64,000 nucleotides of DNA, from assembly GCA_028534125.1 (NCBI GenBank), contig CM052818.1, forward strand, positions 45,324,001-45,388,000, read 5' to 3'. A program made the translations under genes and the position numbers. Positions 13,087-26,536 of the stretch are shown piece by piece. The stretch is from Lama glama (lineage: Eukaryota). The notes beneath the pieces were generated by a model, which saw nothing but the letters and a program-made list of their open reading frames with translations, searched no databases and was not told where the DNA came from. Position 1 is the first letter of the stretch. Each line of letters begins with the position of its first letter.

Positions 13087-13653
13087 TGTTGCGGAAAAAT
13101 GTGTTACAGCTCGGTGTTATAGCTCAATTGTGACAGCAACCTGGATCTGGGCAAGAGACCAAGCAGCACTTAGAGAGTTGGAGAACTCAGGTTTATTACA
13201 CCAACGGGCCCAGAGGAGTTAACACTCCAAGCTCTGGACCCTGTCTGTAGGTTTACACAGGCCTTTATAGGCTGCCAGCTTTACACTTTGCAACAGCATA
13301 TGCAAATAAAGTATAACAGAAGTTGACCAAACTTGGTAGAAATAGACCAATCAGGAGTGAGAGAAATAACCAATCAGGAATGAGCTCCATGCAAATGAAG
13401 TACTATAAATGGACCAATCAGAAGTTAGGAAAGTGGACCAATCAGAAGTGAGAGTAATAACCAATCAGGAGTGAAGGACATAACCAATCAAAAGTGAGCT
13501 CAGGGAACCAACAAAATTTTAGGGGCAAGTAAGCCGTTTCAGAGGCAAAAAGTGAGATAGAGCCTCTGGGCCAGGGAATTAGATGGTGCTGGCACGAGAG
13601 TAGTGGCCCTGCTTAGGGGTCCTGCCGGTCTTTTTATGGGGCTTCCCGCCTCA
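13087..13653 (-). mobile_element. Solo LTR, ERV1-like (567 bp)
   Basis: TG...CA termini; 4-bp TSD CTCG/CTTG; on - strand TATA (~13264-13269) precedes AATAAA (~13193-13198); tandem CCAAT array in U3. Confidence 0.8.
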
Positions 13654-13779
13654 CTTGCTAATACTTCTGTTCCATTTTCTTTGCAGTTGGGAATATTTTA
13701 GTGGCTACTGATTAGATTTGCATGTAATCCTGTAATTATGCTCACTTAGTTTACACTCATTTAAATAGAAATCTTTCCA

Positions 13780-13861
13780 GGGAGGGTATAGCTCAGTGAT
13801 AGAGTACATGCCTAGCATGCATGAGGTCCTGGGTTCAATCCTCAGTACCTCCCTTAAAAAA
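13780..13861 (+). mobile_element. Camelid tRNA-derived SINE (short form)
   Basis: GGGAGGGTATAGCTCAGTGATAGAG...GGTTCAATCCTCAGTACCTCC followed by an A tail. Confidence 0.8.
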
Positions 13862-16389
13862 CTTTGTTTAGTCTTACCTGTTTGACTTTAGAACCTGGTC
13901 TCCGTGTAAGAAGTTAAACCAATGAAATTACAGTTCAGAAATGGTAAATGCAATGGATAGAGTAGAAGAAGGGGAAAGATTTTTAAAAATATAGCTAGCA
14001 AGTTCAGAATGAGTGAGATGGTGCTTAGCAGCAGCATCTGTGAAAAAGAGACTTGAGGGGTTTATTCAGCTGTTAAGTCAAAGGAATAAATGTTACACAG
14101 AATGTTGGCTCTGATTCCACTTGTGAATGGAGTGGGGAAGGACAAGGTGGTACAACAAAGAGGTGATCTTGGAGATGTTAATGTGGTGAATGCTCACTGA
14201 GAAATATTTCACAGGTTGCGGACTAGAGAAAGGTCAGAAACGAGTTCAGGAATTGTTATCACGCACCATCCAGAGAAGACATGTTTTTAGGATTTAGGGA
14301 AAGTAAAAATTCATAAAAGGAATTCACCCCATGTGAGGTAAGGAAAATGAATATTAGAGTATGGAAGAAAATTTTCATTATTGAGTGTGGGAAGAGCTAT
14401 CAAAATATAGGAGGGAGTGAAGGACTGACCTTTTAGAGCTTCTGAAAGGAAGAAAAAGACAAATTTAGATGAAAAATAAGACTCATTTTAAATTGAGTTC
14501 AACTTAGAGTTCAAAGATGCATATTTTTTAGATGTCTTGATTTATAATTATGCAAATGGGACATATGCTTAATTTTGTTCTCCAAGAAAAGCATTTTGAA
14601 GATAAAGCCAAGCCCGTAAGAAAGATCTGGAGGAATAAGACATCTTACAGAAGGTAATGCACCTAATTTTATGGAGGAAAAGATGTGAGGTACATACAGG
14701 CAAAACATGCACATTTGTGGAAGAGTTAGATTCCAAATTCCATGTATTATCATTACCTTTCCCTAGTTAATAAAAAAAAAAGAGAGATGAAAAGCAGATA
14801 CAGTTACTTTTAGTGAGCTTCCTTTCTAACCCAAGCTCCCAGCAGATCTATTTTAACTGAATTTCATCTTACGTATGAAATTGCTTTATAAGGTGCTGTG
14901 ATCTATTTGTAATTTTTCAGTTACATGTTCATAACTGTGAAATGGGAAGTAAGCCATAAATGTCAGGTGGCTAATAAAGTATTCTGTTCTAATACAAACA
15001 AGTTGTTTGTGTCTTTTCAAAGGGGAAATGTGGACTTCCTATTTTAATCTAAACACTTTCAGGCAGTAACATAGTATCTGTGGCATTTTTCTCAACAAAG
15101 GAAATCCTCTCCATTTCCCATCACAATTTATTGGGTCACAAGAATAGCAGACACAGAAAGCATTAATGTGTGACACTCAGGAAGTAATTTTCTGAGCATC
15201 CTGTCACATTTTCAAAAGTTAATTTCAGTTCTGGCTAGGTAAAAATGAATAATTTCCATATGGAAATATTGAATGCACGTATGACATTTATTTTATGATA
15301 TTAGTATGTCAAATGATACTTATTTTTACTTAAACTGTTAAACATCTGGCATGCCCATTTTCTTGAAAGTGAATAACAACTTCCTATTCAGATGTCAGTT
15401 TGTCAGTTTTGACTCAAACGTTGACCAAAAGATCTTGTCTCCCATCTCTGAAGTTACCTCCATCTTGGCGCTTACCAAGTTGTTCTCTTTGTCAGCCTTG
15501 TTTTGAACAAGATAGAGTTGGAAGTAAATCTAGTATCCCTATGTCCTCGTGCTGTGGTCACATAGGTGATGGTGATAAAATATAGTGCTCACAACCAGGA
15601 TTAGTTTTAGTTTCTGAGTTTGCCTGACTGCCTGAATCATGGCGCACTTTCTTTGATTAATATGCCAATCACCTACTGACTTTTGTTGTGTTTTGTTTTG
15701 TTTGCCTTCAAAATAAAAGGCAAGTTATACAAATAGGCAAGAAATTTGGGCTACATTCTTTTAAAAGGTCCAGCTAATACAGGAAATGAGAAGAAAATTC
15801 TAGGACTTGGACATTCTTTACTTGTATTCGGTGTTCTCTCCAATCCCAAGCAAGTTTGTCTTCTAATGCACGGGTACTAAGCTGTAAGTACCATAAGATC
15901 AGGAATTTTGTGTGTTTTACTTTTTGCTGTGTCCCTGGTATCTAGAGCAGTGTCTGGTACTTTGTGGGCTCTCACTGAATACATGCTGATTTGAAGGAAT
16001 GAATATTATTGACACTTCATTAAAAAATTTTTGTTATGGAAAAATACAAAGTAGAGGGAAATATAACAAACCTCCATCTATCAATCTCCTTGCTTCAGTA
16101 TGATCTGCTTTTCCTCCATGCTTTTTTTTGGGGGGGGGATAGTGATTTGACTTGTATTATTAGTCCTTTAAATTGCTCTGGAAGTTTGTTATTGAAAATT
16201 GTTAGATGGAAATGAATAATTGCTCTTCACATTGGCTAGGTTGTATATTTACCTTCTTGAAGAACAGAACATTATTCATGGTTGAAAATAATACATAAAT
16301 TATAATAGGTGTATTGACAGGTTAGATCTGCTTATCTATGTTTCTTTCATATCTGCACATGGTTGTGTCAATCAGTCGTTTACTTGTAT

Positions 16390-17225
16390 GACTTTATTTT
16401 TTTAGAGCAGTTTTTAAAATTTCACAGCAATATTTTGTGGAAAGTAGTTTCCACATTCCACTCATACACACTTGTGCATGAGCTCGCGGAATGTACACAG
16501 CCTCCTCCTCCATCAACATCCTGCACCAGAGAGTCCATTTGTTATAACTGATGAACCCACATTGACACATTATCACCCAGAGTTACTGAGTTTCACCCTT
16601 GGTGTTGCACATTCTGTGGGTTTTGACAAATGTATGATGACATGTGTCCACCATTGTGTATCATACGGGGTAGTTTCACTCCCCGAGCTCCTGGCAACCA
16701 CTGATCTTCTTACTGTCTACATTGCTTTGCCTCTTCCAGATGTCGCATAGTTGGAATCATATTAGCCTTTTCAGATTGACTTCTTTTACTTAGTAATATG
16801 CCTTTAAGATCCTTTCATGTCTTTTTGTGGCTTGATAGCTTATTTCCTTGTATAGCTGAATACTCTTCCAGTGTATGGATGTACCACAGTTTGTTTGTCG
16901 TTCACCTATTGAACTTGTTGCTTCAGGTTTTGGCAGTTACCAGTAAAGCTGCTCTAAACATTCATGTGCATGTTTTTGTGTGGATGTAGGTTTTCAGCTC
17001 CATTGGGTAAATAGTAAGGAGTATGATTGCTGCATTCTCTGACAAATGTATGTTTAGTTTTGCAAGAAACTGCCAAACTATTCCAGCGTGGCTGTATTCC
17101 CACCTGCAGTGAATGAGAATTCCTATTGCTCCATATCCTTGTCAGCTTTTGGTGCTGTTGGTGTTTTGGATTTTAGCCATTCTAATGGGTATATCATAAT
17201 ATCTCATTGTTTTAGTTTGTAGATG
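16390..17225 (-). mobile_element. Old L1 (L1M-type) 3' region
   Basis: Characteristic antisense L1 3' text: 'gtatggatgtaccacagtttg', 'aagaaactgccaaact', 'ttttagccattcta'. Confidence 0.75.
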
Positions 17226-17339
17226 TCATTTATTCTTACATTGGTCACTGGAAGAAATCCCACTCTTTGATTTTTGTCTTTGTGGGCTTGACTTCATGGT
17301 CTATGTTGACTAGTTTCCAGTTTGAGTATTTTGGGGAGC

Positions 17340-18220
17340 TGGGTCATTCATTGAAGAAATACTTAGTAGGCACCTTTCATATGCCTGCACTGAGGCCTGG
17401 GATATCAAAGACCTTTTATTTGTTGCCTTGGAGCTTATAGTTTTGTGAGGGAGTAGACAATACAGTTGATGAATAGTTGTGCATACAAGGTCTTACAGCA
17501 GCACATTGGCAAGTCACCTTCCCGTAGGCAGGCAGGTTAGAGGGAGTGCTGATACTTGAATTCTGAAGAACATATAGGAATGAACCAATGAAGAGGTAGA
17601 AATGTGGATGATGGAATTAGGGAGATCTTTCTGCACACAGGGAATTGAAACAAGACACTGGCGCCTGAGATCTGTTCAGTGTGCCTAGGAGGAACTTAGG
17701 TTTTCCAGGGGAAGGGAGGAGTAAGAGAAACAAAACTGGAGAGAGAAGGGCCTTAAATCTAATCCTTTTGTACTGTGTTAAAGTTTTTGCTTTTGATTTA
17801 AAGCAGAGTGGCATGCATTTGAAGGGTTTTATTCAGGGGAGTGAGATCAGATATGTATGTAAGATTATTCTGCCTGTAGGCAAACTCATTCTTTCTAATA
17901 ATTGTGCAGTTTTTCATTTTATAGAAGTGTCATAATTTATTTACCTAGCTTCCACTTGGTATCTCTATCTGGCTTTGGAAGCAGGGGCTGGCACAGATTG
18001 TAATTGATCAGGGGAAGTCCTGAGGGCTCCATCTAAGGCAGTGGCAGTGGGCGGTGAAGGAAGAGACAGATATCCTTAGGGTCTGGCGATCATTGGGAGT
18101 GGAGACTGAGACAGAGATGGGAGACTGAATGAATGAATGAAGGTACCATTCACAAAGATAAAAGCTACAGAGGATGGAGTAGATGCTAAAAAGGACCTTT
18201 GGAGATGTTGAAATGAAATT
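17340..18220. mobile_element. L2 fragments
   Basis: 'cattcattgaagaaatactt' and 'aggggagtgagatcagatatg' are L2-like. Confidence 0.5.
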
Positions 18221-18997
18221 GAAATTTTCTCTCCCATGTGTGCAATTTTAAACTCTGAAGCTTCAGATAATGCTCAGCTGCTTCCTGGGAGGGAGTTGTG
18301 GTCTTTTGGTTTTTGGTTCACCTCCACAGAAAGGATCAAAAGTTGTGAGTGAGTTAGATTCTTGAATTTTTGGAGAGAAAAAGGTTCTTTTATACTTTCT
18401 TAAAGTTCTCTTCTCAGTATCATAAATACCAATCAAGGTGTTCACAAAGAGCCTCAGTCCTGGATTCAATCCTGGATTACAGGCTGGCGCTGGCTCCTCT
18501 ATCAAGATTATCTGTAACAATTGATGTTTTAGTTTGGCGTTAGAGGGGGCTTATTTATCACTTGATATCTCTGTCTGTATCTGTGCTTCTGTCCTTTTGA
18601 GGATGTTGTTTTACTTTAGGAAAAATGCTCTATTTAAAAAAAAATCAAATACTGTAAAAATATATAACTTAGAAACAAGGAGCCCTTTATAACCACACGT
18701 CCCACTACCATTATTAACAAGATGGTGCACATTCTTTGCAGAGTAAAGTCAGTTCTCCCATTCCAGGCCTCCCCCTGTCAAATACACTAACGTATTTCAG
18801 CAGAATTGGGATCTCATGATGCATACTATTCCAAAGGGTTTTTTAGTCACTTAACATTACATTACTCTGATCAGATCAGATAAATATAAAGCAAACTCAT
18901 TCTTTCTAATAGTTGCACATACAGATATGTCATAATTTATTTACCTTGTTTCCTATTAAAGGATATTCACCACTCATTTCTTTCAGTTTTTTAAACC

Positions 18998-19205
18998 AGC
19001 ACACTGTTCCATAGAACTTTCTCTGATGGAAACGTCTAGATCTGCTCTGTCCAACACGGCAGCCACCAGCCATGTGTGATTGCTGAGCACTTGAAATGTG
19101 CTTTGCGTGCCCAAGGAGCTGAATTTTACGTTTTATTCCATCTTAGTTAATTTAAATTTAAATAGCCACATGTGGCTAGTGGTTACTCTGTTGGGCAACA
19201 CAGCT
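18998..19205. mobile_element. MER3-like hAT relic
   Basis: 'tagaactttctctgatggaaac...agcacttgaaatgtg...tttaaatagccacatgtggctagtgg'. Confidence 0.75.
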
Positions 19206-21651
19206 CTAAACTATTTCAGAGTGGAGTTAGGTCATCAAGCTGCTTGCTTGAATCGAATTACTTGGGCCTTCATGGGTTACAGTCTAGTGGTGTTCCTTTG
19301 ATGCTTAACGGTTATATAAAGTTTCTTTTGTAAACCACTTTTAAAGAAATATTGTTCAGTGTTAGAGCTCCTTAAAGAAAGATCTATGAAATCCTTCTCA
19401 GGTTTAGTTCCAAGAAGGAGTTTCTCTTTCCAGACATATCAGCATACTTCTCCTTATCAAGGAAATGATATCTTTCTACTTTATTACATGTCTCCTTTTG
19501 CCTTGGTTGCCGTGGAATCCAAAGTTAAAGTTTTGGTTCAGTTACAGCAGGTGATGTTTTACCTCTCATCGCTCCTGCCACCAAACTGCATAGCTTTCTT
19601 TTTATTCTGAGTTGAAAGATTTCATTATGTGTATAATTTTCCTTGGAAAGCACTTCTCTTTTTAAAAATAATTAGATTTACATGAAGTTTGTGGAAATCT
19701 GTCCTAAGACTTCACTAAGAAGAAGATTGATAGAATATATACACTACTTCCCTCCCCTCCCACATACACACGTCATATATCTTACTAGGGAATCCAGCTT
19801 ATCTTCACAGTGGGAAATACACATATTTAAACTCTGAAATAGACATTCTACCTAGAGTTGTAGAGAATTACTTAAGTACTTTATGGTTAGTTATATTTTA
19901 TTCAATTATAAGTCAAAATTGAGTTCTTTTACCCTCTTGCTCTGTATAATGCTATGCTTTGACTTTCTTTGGGAATATATGGGAAATCTTATTTCCCTTG
20001 AACTTAAAATGTATTCTTCAGGATTTCCTAGTTCTATGTGTGGCACCCTGAAGATAAACGTTAACTGCTAAATGGTGGCAAAATATTTTCTGACCCTCCT
20101 GGAATAGCACTGTTAAGGTGTTTTAGCCTTAATTTTAAAATGTTTTGCTCTTCCTTTGTTTCTTCCAAGTTTTCATCCATAGATATTTTTAAATACTAAA
20201 ATACTCTTAGTTTTACATGGACTTAAGAATTAAGAATTGGAAAGCATGAGAGTATGCAGAAAAATTATTAATAAATTCCTTTGCCTGTAAGGAAGTGGGG
20301 TAGAACCAGGAAACTGCTAATGTGGTTACCAGGATAACACACTAAAACCAGCTGTGTACCTTTTGGCAGGAATAAAATGACAAAACAAGATCTTGCAGAG
20401 TGCACATTACCAGGTGTGTGATCAAAAAGATAAATACATTCTCAAATGGTAAAATTGGCCTGGTGCCTTTAGCACCCATGGGGCTGTTGTGTGTGTGCAT
20501 GTATGCAGACAGAGCCATCAAAGTTGAACATTTTTGGCACAGTTAGGGGATTGGGAGAGAAAAGGGCTGAAAGTAGAGGACTTTAACATTGCTTAGAGTC
20601 ATTGTATCTGCAAACTCTGGATGTGAACTTGAGGAAACTGTGTGGGGATGTCAAGTGCAACATGGTGATAAACATCAAATGGTGATTTGCAGCAGAGGTG
20701 CAGAGCCAGACTCTTCAGGAAAGAATAAAGGGGAGACCTTGAAAGAAACATATTTTTCCTATTTAACTGACAGTGGACTTAGCAAGACAGGGGCCACATT
20801 AAGTTATTCTTTCCTTTTTCTTAAGAATTGAAGGAACATGGAAGCTGAGGACTTTTTCATGCTGTTTAATGCATTATTTGTAGTTTTCATGAAAAGCAGA
20901 TAGAAATGTAAAGCTTTTCATTCTAACTCAAATTAGAATTACTTAGATTAAATATAATACAGTTTTGAATACTTAAGAGAACTTTAAGAGATTTGATTTA
21001 TGAAGACATTTCATGGTTTTGAATACGAGTTTTGCTCTCTTAAGTTGCAGTGTTCATTTGAGAGTCATTCTGTTTCCCCCTTTCTTCAATTTATCAGGAC
21101 TGTTTGGTGGTTACTAAGCTTGCATTTCTGAATGTCACCAAGCTCAAAGTCAGTGAAACTCCAGTGGATATATGCATTTCGTTTTCAGTAAATTGTTACT
21201 TTGGTTTCCCAGAAGCTTTCTTGACGTCCCAGCACCTCAAATAAATTTAAAAGGAGTGGTATGATTTTGTATGTCTTTTCTTTGGTGAAATAACAAAATA
21301 GGAGAGTCTGCTTTCAGATACATTTGTCTTTGTCTTTTCACAATGTGATTTTGCTCTGTTGAGGTGTGGATCTCTTTGAATTTGTCCTACTTGGAATTGA
21401 GCTGCTTGGATGTGCAGGTTAATGGTTTTTGCTTTTGTTTTGTTTTTACCAAATTTGAGAAGTTTTGGCCATGATTTCTTCAGATACTCTTTCTGTCCCC
21501 TTTATATCTCTTCTTTTGGGACTTCTGTTATGTGTGTGTTGATCTGTTTGATGACATCCCACGAGTCTCTGAGGCTTTGTTCAGTTTTCTTTTTATTTCT
21601 CGGACTGGATAATCTCGATTGACCCATCTTCAGATTTGCTAATTCTTTCTT

Positions 21652-21965
21652 TTTTTTTCCTTTTTCAGTTTTAATAGGTGGAATTATTACAGTTTGCACA
21701 TATACATTATATTGCATGTAAATACATATATACAATAATATACTGCACTTTTTTTTTAGTTTAGATATATGTACTGATCATTGTTTCTAAGAACAGATTA
21801 GAGCTTTAGCTTTTGAAACTTACATAGTTATCAAGGGAATAAAGCCAACCACAAAATAAGAATCAACAGAATGTGGTAATCCAATCATAAAGGACAGTTA
21901 AATGTGCTTACAACATATTCAAGAAATCAATCATCTAAGTTATAAAAAGTAGTTCATTTGTATCC

Positions 21966-21999
<34 letters not shown>

Positions 22000-24900
22000 T
22001 TTAGATTCCACATATACGTGATAGCATATGGCATTTTTCTTTCTCTTTCCAGCCCACTTCACTTAGAATGACAATCTTCAGGTCCATCCATTATTGCTGC
22101 AAATGGCATTATTTTATTCTTTTTATGGCTGAGTAGTGTTCCATTGTATATATGTACCACATCTGCTTTATTCAGTCATCTGTTGATGGACATTTGGGTT
22201 GTTTCCATGTCTTGGCTATTGTAAATAGTGCTGCTATGAACACTGGGGTGCATGTGTCTTTTTTAGTTTTATTTTTCTCTGGGTATATGCCCAGGAGTGG
22301 GATTGCTGGATCATATGGTAAGTCTATTTTCAGTCTTTTAAGGAACCTTCATACTGTCCTCCACGGTGGCTGCACCAATCTACACTCCCACCAACAGTGT
22401 AGGAGGGTTCCTTTTTCTCCATACGTTCTCTAGCATCTATCATTTATAGACTTTTCAGTGATGGCCATTCTGGCTAGTGTGAGGTGATATTGTAGTTTTA
22501 ATCTGTATTTCTCTGACAGTAATGCTGAGCAATTTTTCATATGCCTGTTGGCCATTTATATGTCTTTTGATCATAAATGGATGTTGAATTTTATCAAAAG
22601 CTTTTTCTGCATCTATGGAGATTATCATATAGTTTTTATTCTTCAGTTTGTTAATGTGGTGTATCAGATTGATTGATCTGCATATATTGAAAAATCTCTG
22701 CATCCTTGGGATAAATCCCACTTGATCATGGTATATAAACCTTTTAATTCATTGTTGGAGTAAGCTTGCTAGTATTTTTTTGAAGATTTTTGCATCTATA
22801 TTCTTAAGTGATATTGGCTTGTTATTTTTTGTGTGTGATATCCTTGTCTGGTTTTGGTATCAGGGTGATGATGACCTCATAGAATGAGTTTGGAAGTGTT
22901 CCTTCCTCTGCAGTTTTTTGGAATAGTTTCAGAAGGATAGGTGTTAACTCTTCTCTAAGTGTTTGGTAGAATTCACCTGTGAAGCCATCTGGTCCTGGAC
23001 TTTTGTTTGTTGGGAGGTTTTTAATTACTGATTCAATTTCAGTGCTGGTAATTGGTCTATTCATATTGTCTATTTCTTCCTGGTTTAGTCTTGGAAAATT
23101 GTACCTTTCTAAGAAATTGTCCATTTCTTCTGCATCGTTGTTTTTGTTGGCATATAGTTGCTCATAGTATCCTCTTACGATCCCTTGTATTTCTGTGGTA
23201 TCAATTGTAACTTCTCCTTTTTCATTTCTGATTTTATTAATTTGGGCCCTCTCCCTTTTTTTCTTGATGAGTCTGACTGAAGGTTTTATCAATTTTGTTT
23301 ATCTTTTCAAAGAACCAGCTTTTAGTTTCATTGATTTTTTCTCTTGGTTTTTTAAGTCTCTATTTCATTTATTTCTGCTCTAATCTTTATGATTTCTTTT
23401 CTTCTACTAACTCTGGGGTGTTTGTTCTTCTTTCTCCAGCTGCTTTAGGTGTACGGTTAGGTTGTTCAGTTGAGATTTTTCTTGTTTCCTGAGGTAGGAT
23501 TGTATCGCTATAAACGTCCCTCTGAGAACTGCTTTTGCTGCGTCCCAGAGGTTTTGAATTGTTGTGTTTTCATTTTCATTTTCTCAAAGTATTTTTTGAT
23601 TTCCTCTTTGATTTTTTCCATGATCCATTGGTTGTTTAGTAGCATATTGTTTAACCTCCTTGTGTTTGCATTTTTTTTAGTTTTTTTCTTGTAGTTTATT
23701 TCTAACCTTATAGCATTGTGGTTGGAAAAGATACTTAGTACGATTTCAGTTTTCTTAAATTTGCTGAGGCTAGCTTTGTGGGCCAGCATATGGTCGATTC
23801 TGGAGAATGTTCCATGTACACCTGAGAAGGATGTGTATTCTGTTGTTTTCAGATGGAATGCTGCATAGACATCAATTAGGTCCATCTAATCTAGTGTTTT
23901 ATTTAGGGGCTGTATTTCCTTATTGATTTTCAGTCTGGATGATCTGTCCATTGATGTAGTTGGGGGTGTTAAAGTCCCCCACTATTATTGCATTATTGTC
24001 GATTTCTCCTTTTACGTCTATTAACAATTGCCTTATATATTGAGGTGCTCCTGTGTTGAGTGTATATATATTTACAATTGTTATATCCTCTTCTTGGATT
24101 GATCCCTTAAGCATTATGTAGTGCCCTTCTTTGTCTCTTGTTAACAGTCTTTATTTTAAAATCTGTTTTGCCTTATACAAGTATTGCTACTCCAGCTTTC
24201 TTCTGGTTTCCGTTTGCATGGAATATCTTTTTCCATCCCCGTTTTTTCAACCTGCGTATGTCTCTAGCTCTGAAGTGGATCTCTTGTAGACAGCAAGGGG
24301 TCTTTTTTTTGTATCCATTCAGCCAGTATGTCTTTTGGTTGGAGCATTTAATCCATTTACTTTTAAGGTAATTATTGCTAGGTGTGTTCTTACTGCCATT
24401 TTGTTAATTGTTTTGAGTTTGTTTTTGTAGGTCTTTTTTTTTCTCTTCTTTTTGTTTTCTTTTCTTGTGCTTTGATGAATATAGAAGTTCCTTTAACATT
24501 TGTTGTAAAGCTGGTTTGAAGGTGCTGAATTCTTTTAGCTTTTGTTTATCTGTGAAGCTTTTGATTTCTCCAGCAAGTCTGAATGAGAGCTTCGCTGGAT
24601 AGAGTATTCTTAGCTGTTAAGTTTTTCGCTTTCAGCACTTTAAATATATCATGTTACTCCCTTATGGCCTGAGGGTTTCTGCTGAAAAATCAGCTGATAA
24701 ACTTATGGGAGTTCCCTTGTAGGTTATTTGTTGCTTTTGTCTTTCTGATTTTAATATTCTCTCCTTATCCTTAATTTTTGTTAGTTTGATTACTATGTGC
24801 CTTGGTGTATTCCTCTTTGGGTTGATCCTGTGTCGGACTCTGAGCTTCCTGGACTTGGTGACTGTTTCCTTTCCCAAGTTGGGAAAGTTTTCAGTTAGTA

Positions 24901-26433
24901 TCTCTTCAAAAATTTTCTCAGGTCCTTTCTTTCTTCGCTTTCTGGGAACCCTATAATGCAAATATTAGTGTGCTTCTTATTGTCGCAGAGTTCTCTTAAA
25001 CTATCCTCATTTCTTTTCATTTTTTTTTCTTTTGTCTGTTCTGCAGTAGTGATTTCCACTAATCTGTCTTCTAGCTCACTAATCTGTTCTGCATCATTTA
25101 GTCTATTCTTGGTTCTTTCATTTCAGTGTTACTCATTTCAGAATTTTTATTCTTCAACTCTGGGTATTCTGTATATTTTCCAGTTCTTTGCTAAAAACTT
25201 TGCTTTGTGCATCTATACTCCTCTTGAGTTCTCTAAACATCTTCACCCTCATCATTCTAAACTTTCTTAGATAAATTGCCTATCTCCTCATCACTTGTTT
25301 CTTCTGGGATTTTATCTTGTGCCTTGTTCTGGAAGATACTCCTCTGCCACATCTTGTCTGTCTTTCTATTTGTATTTTTAGGTAGATTAGTTATGTTTCT
25401 TGACCTTGGAGAAGTGGCCCTCTGTGGGAGATGTCCTATGTGTCCCAGTAGTACACTCATCTCTCGTCACCCAAGGGCCAGGGTCAAGCTGGTCCCAGTG
25501 TAGAGTCTGGCCTATGTTTGTGGATTCCTTCCACAGACTTTGGGACTATTATTTTCTTGTTTCTGGTATCTGCCCCCTGGTGGATGAGGCTGGACTAGAG
25601 GCTTATGTAGGTTTCCTCGCAGGAGGGGTCGATGTCTGCCCATTGGTGGGTGAAGCTTGGCCAGACCTCTGGTGTGTAAGGCCCTGTCTAGAGGCTTTTG
25701 TAGCTCAGGAAGTCTGCTGATGGATGAGGCTGTGTTCCTACTCAGTATGTTGTTCGGCTTGAAGCTTCACTGCAGGCTGTTGGGTGAGGTTGGGTCTTGG
25801 TCATAATGATCCAACCAAGATGTCAGCCTCCAGGAAATCTCATGCAGATAAACACTCCCAGAATGTCCTCCACCAACTGTTATGTCCCCTGGGTGAGCCG
25901 CAGCAGTCCCCTGTCTCCCCAGGAGAACTTCCAAAATGAGCAGGCAGGTCTGGCCCAGGTTCCTACGAAATCACTGCCTCTGTCCTTGGACATGGTGCAC
26001 ATGAGATCCGGTGCACACTTCCCAAGCAAATGAAGTCTCTGTCTCCCCTAGTCCTATACGGCTCTTGAGGTGAAGCCCCACTGGCCTTCAAAACCAGATG
26101 TCCTGTGGTTACCTCCTCCCACTGCCGAATCCTGGGTCAGGGAGCCTGACGTGGGGTTCAGCGCTCTCACTCCTGTGGGAAGGCCTCTATGATTTAATTG
26201 TTCTTCAGCTTGTGGGTCACCCACCCGGGGGGTATGGGGCCTGACTATATTGTGAGCACACCACTCCTACCTTCCTTCTGTGGTTCCCTCTCTGTTTCCA
26301 GCTGAAGCAGATCTTTTTTGCCAGGCTCCAGTCTCTTTTCCTGGTGACTGTTCAGCAGTCAGTTGTGGTTTTGCTGTAGTTGCGAGGAGAGGCGAGCTAG
26401 TGGTCCTACTGTTCCACCATCTTGCCTGGAAAT
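21652..26433 (-). mobile_element. LINE-1 with 5'UTR, decayed ORF1 (~25352-24490), ORF2 (from ~24399) with an internal deletion, 3'UTR and A tail
   Basis: ORF track peptides [49 protein letters not shown] ccatct(t)ca(g/a)atttgct(a/g)attctttctt at 21624-21651 and 26434-26460. Confidence 0.93.
21967..21998. repeat. (TTA)n microsatellite inside the L1 3' region
   Basis: About 10-11 TTA units seen directly. Confidence 0.9.
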
Positions 26434-26536
26434 CCATCTCAAATTTGCTGATTCTTTCTTCTGCCAATTTATATATATCTATTGAGCCTCTCTAGTGAAT
26501 TTTTTATTTCAATTACTGTATTTTCCACCTCCAGAA

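Noticed and set aside
13347..13500. CRISPR-like periodic repeat
   Set aside because: Eukaryotic LTR enhancer repeats, with no unique spacers and no cas genes
13780..13852. tRNA-Ala-like sequence
   Set aside because: Four diverged copies with A-rich tails, three with TSD-like flanks: these are SINEs, not tRNA genes
21660..21960. Processed pseudogene 3'UTR or segmental duplication flanking the L1
   Set aside because: Contiguous with the L1 body inside its TSD; the second copy belongs to a separate insertion
22152..26495. Many ORFs up to 156 aa
   Set aside because: Fragments or antisense frames of a decayed L1
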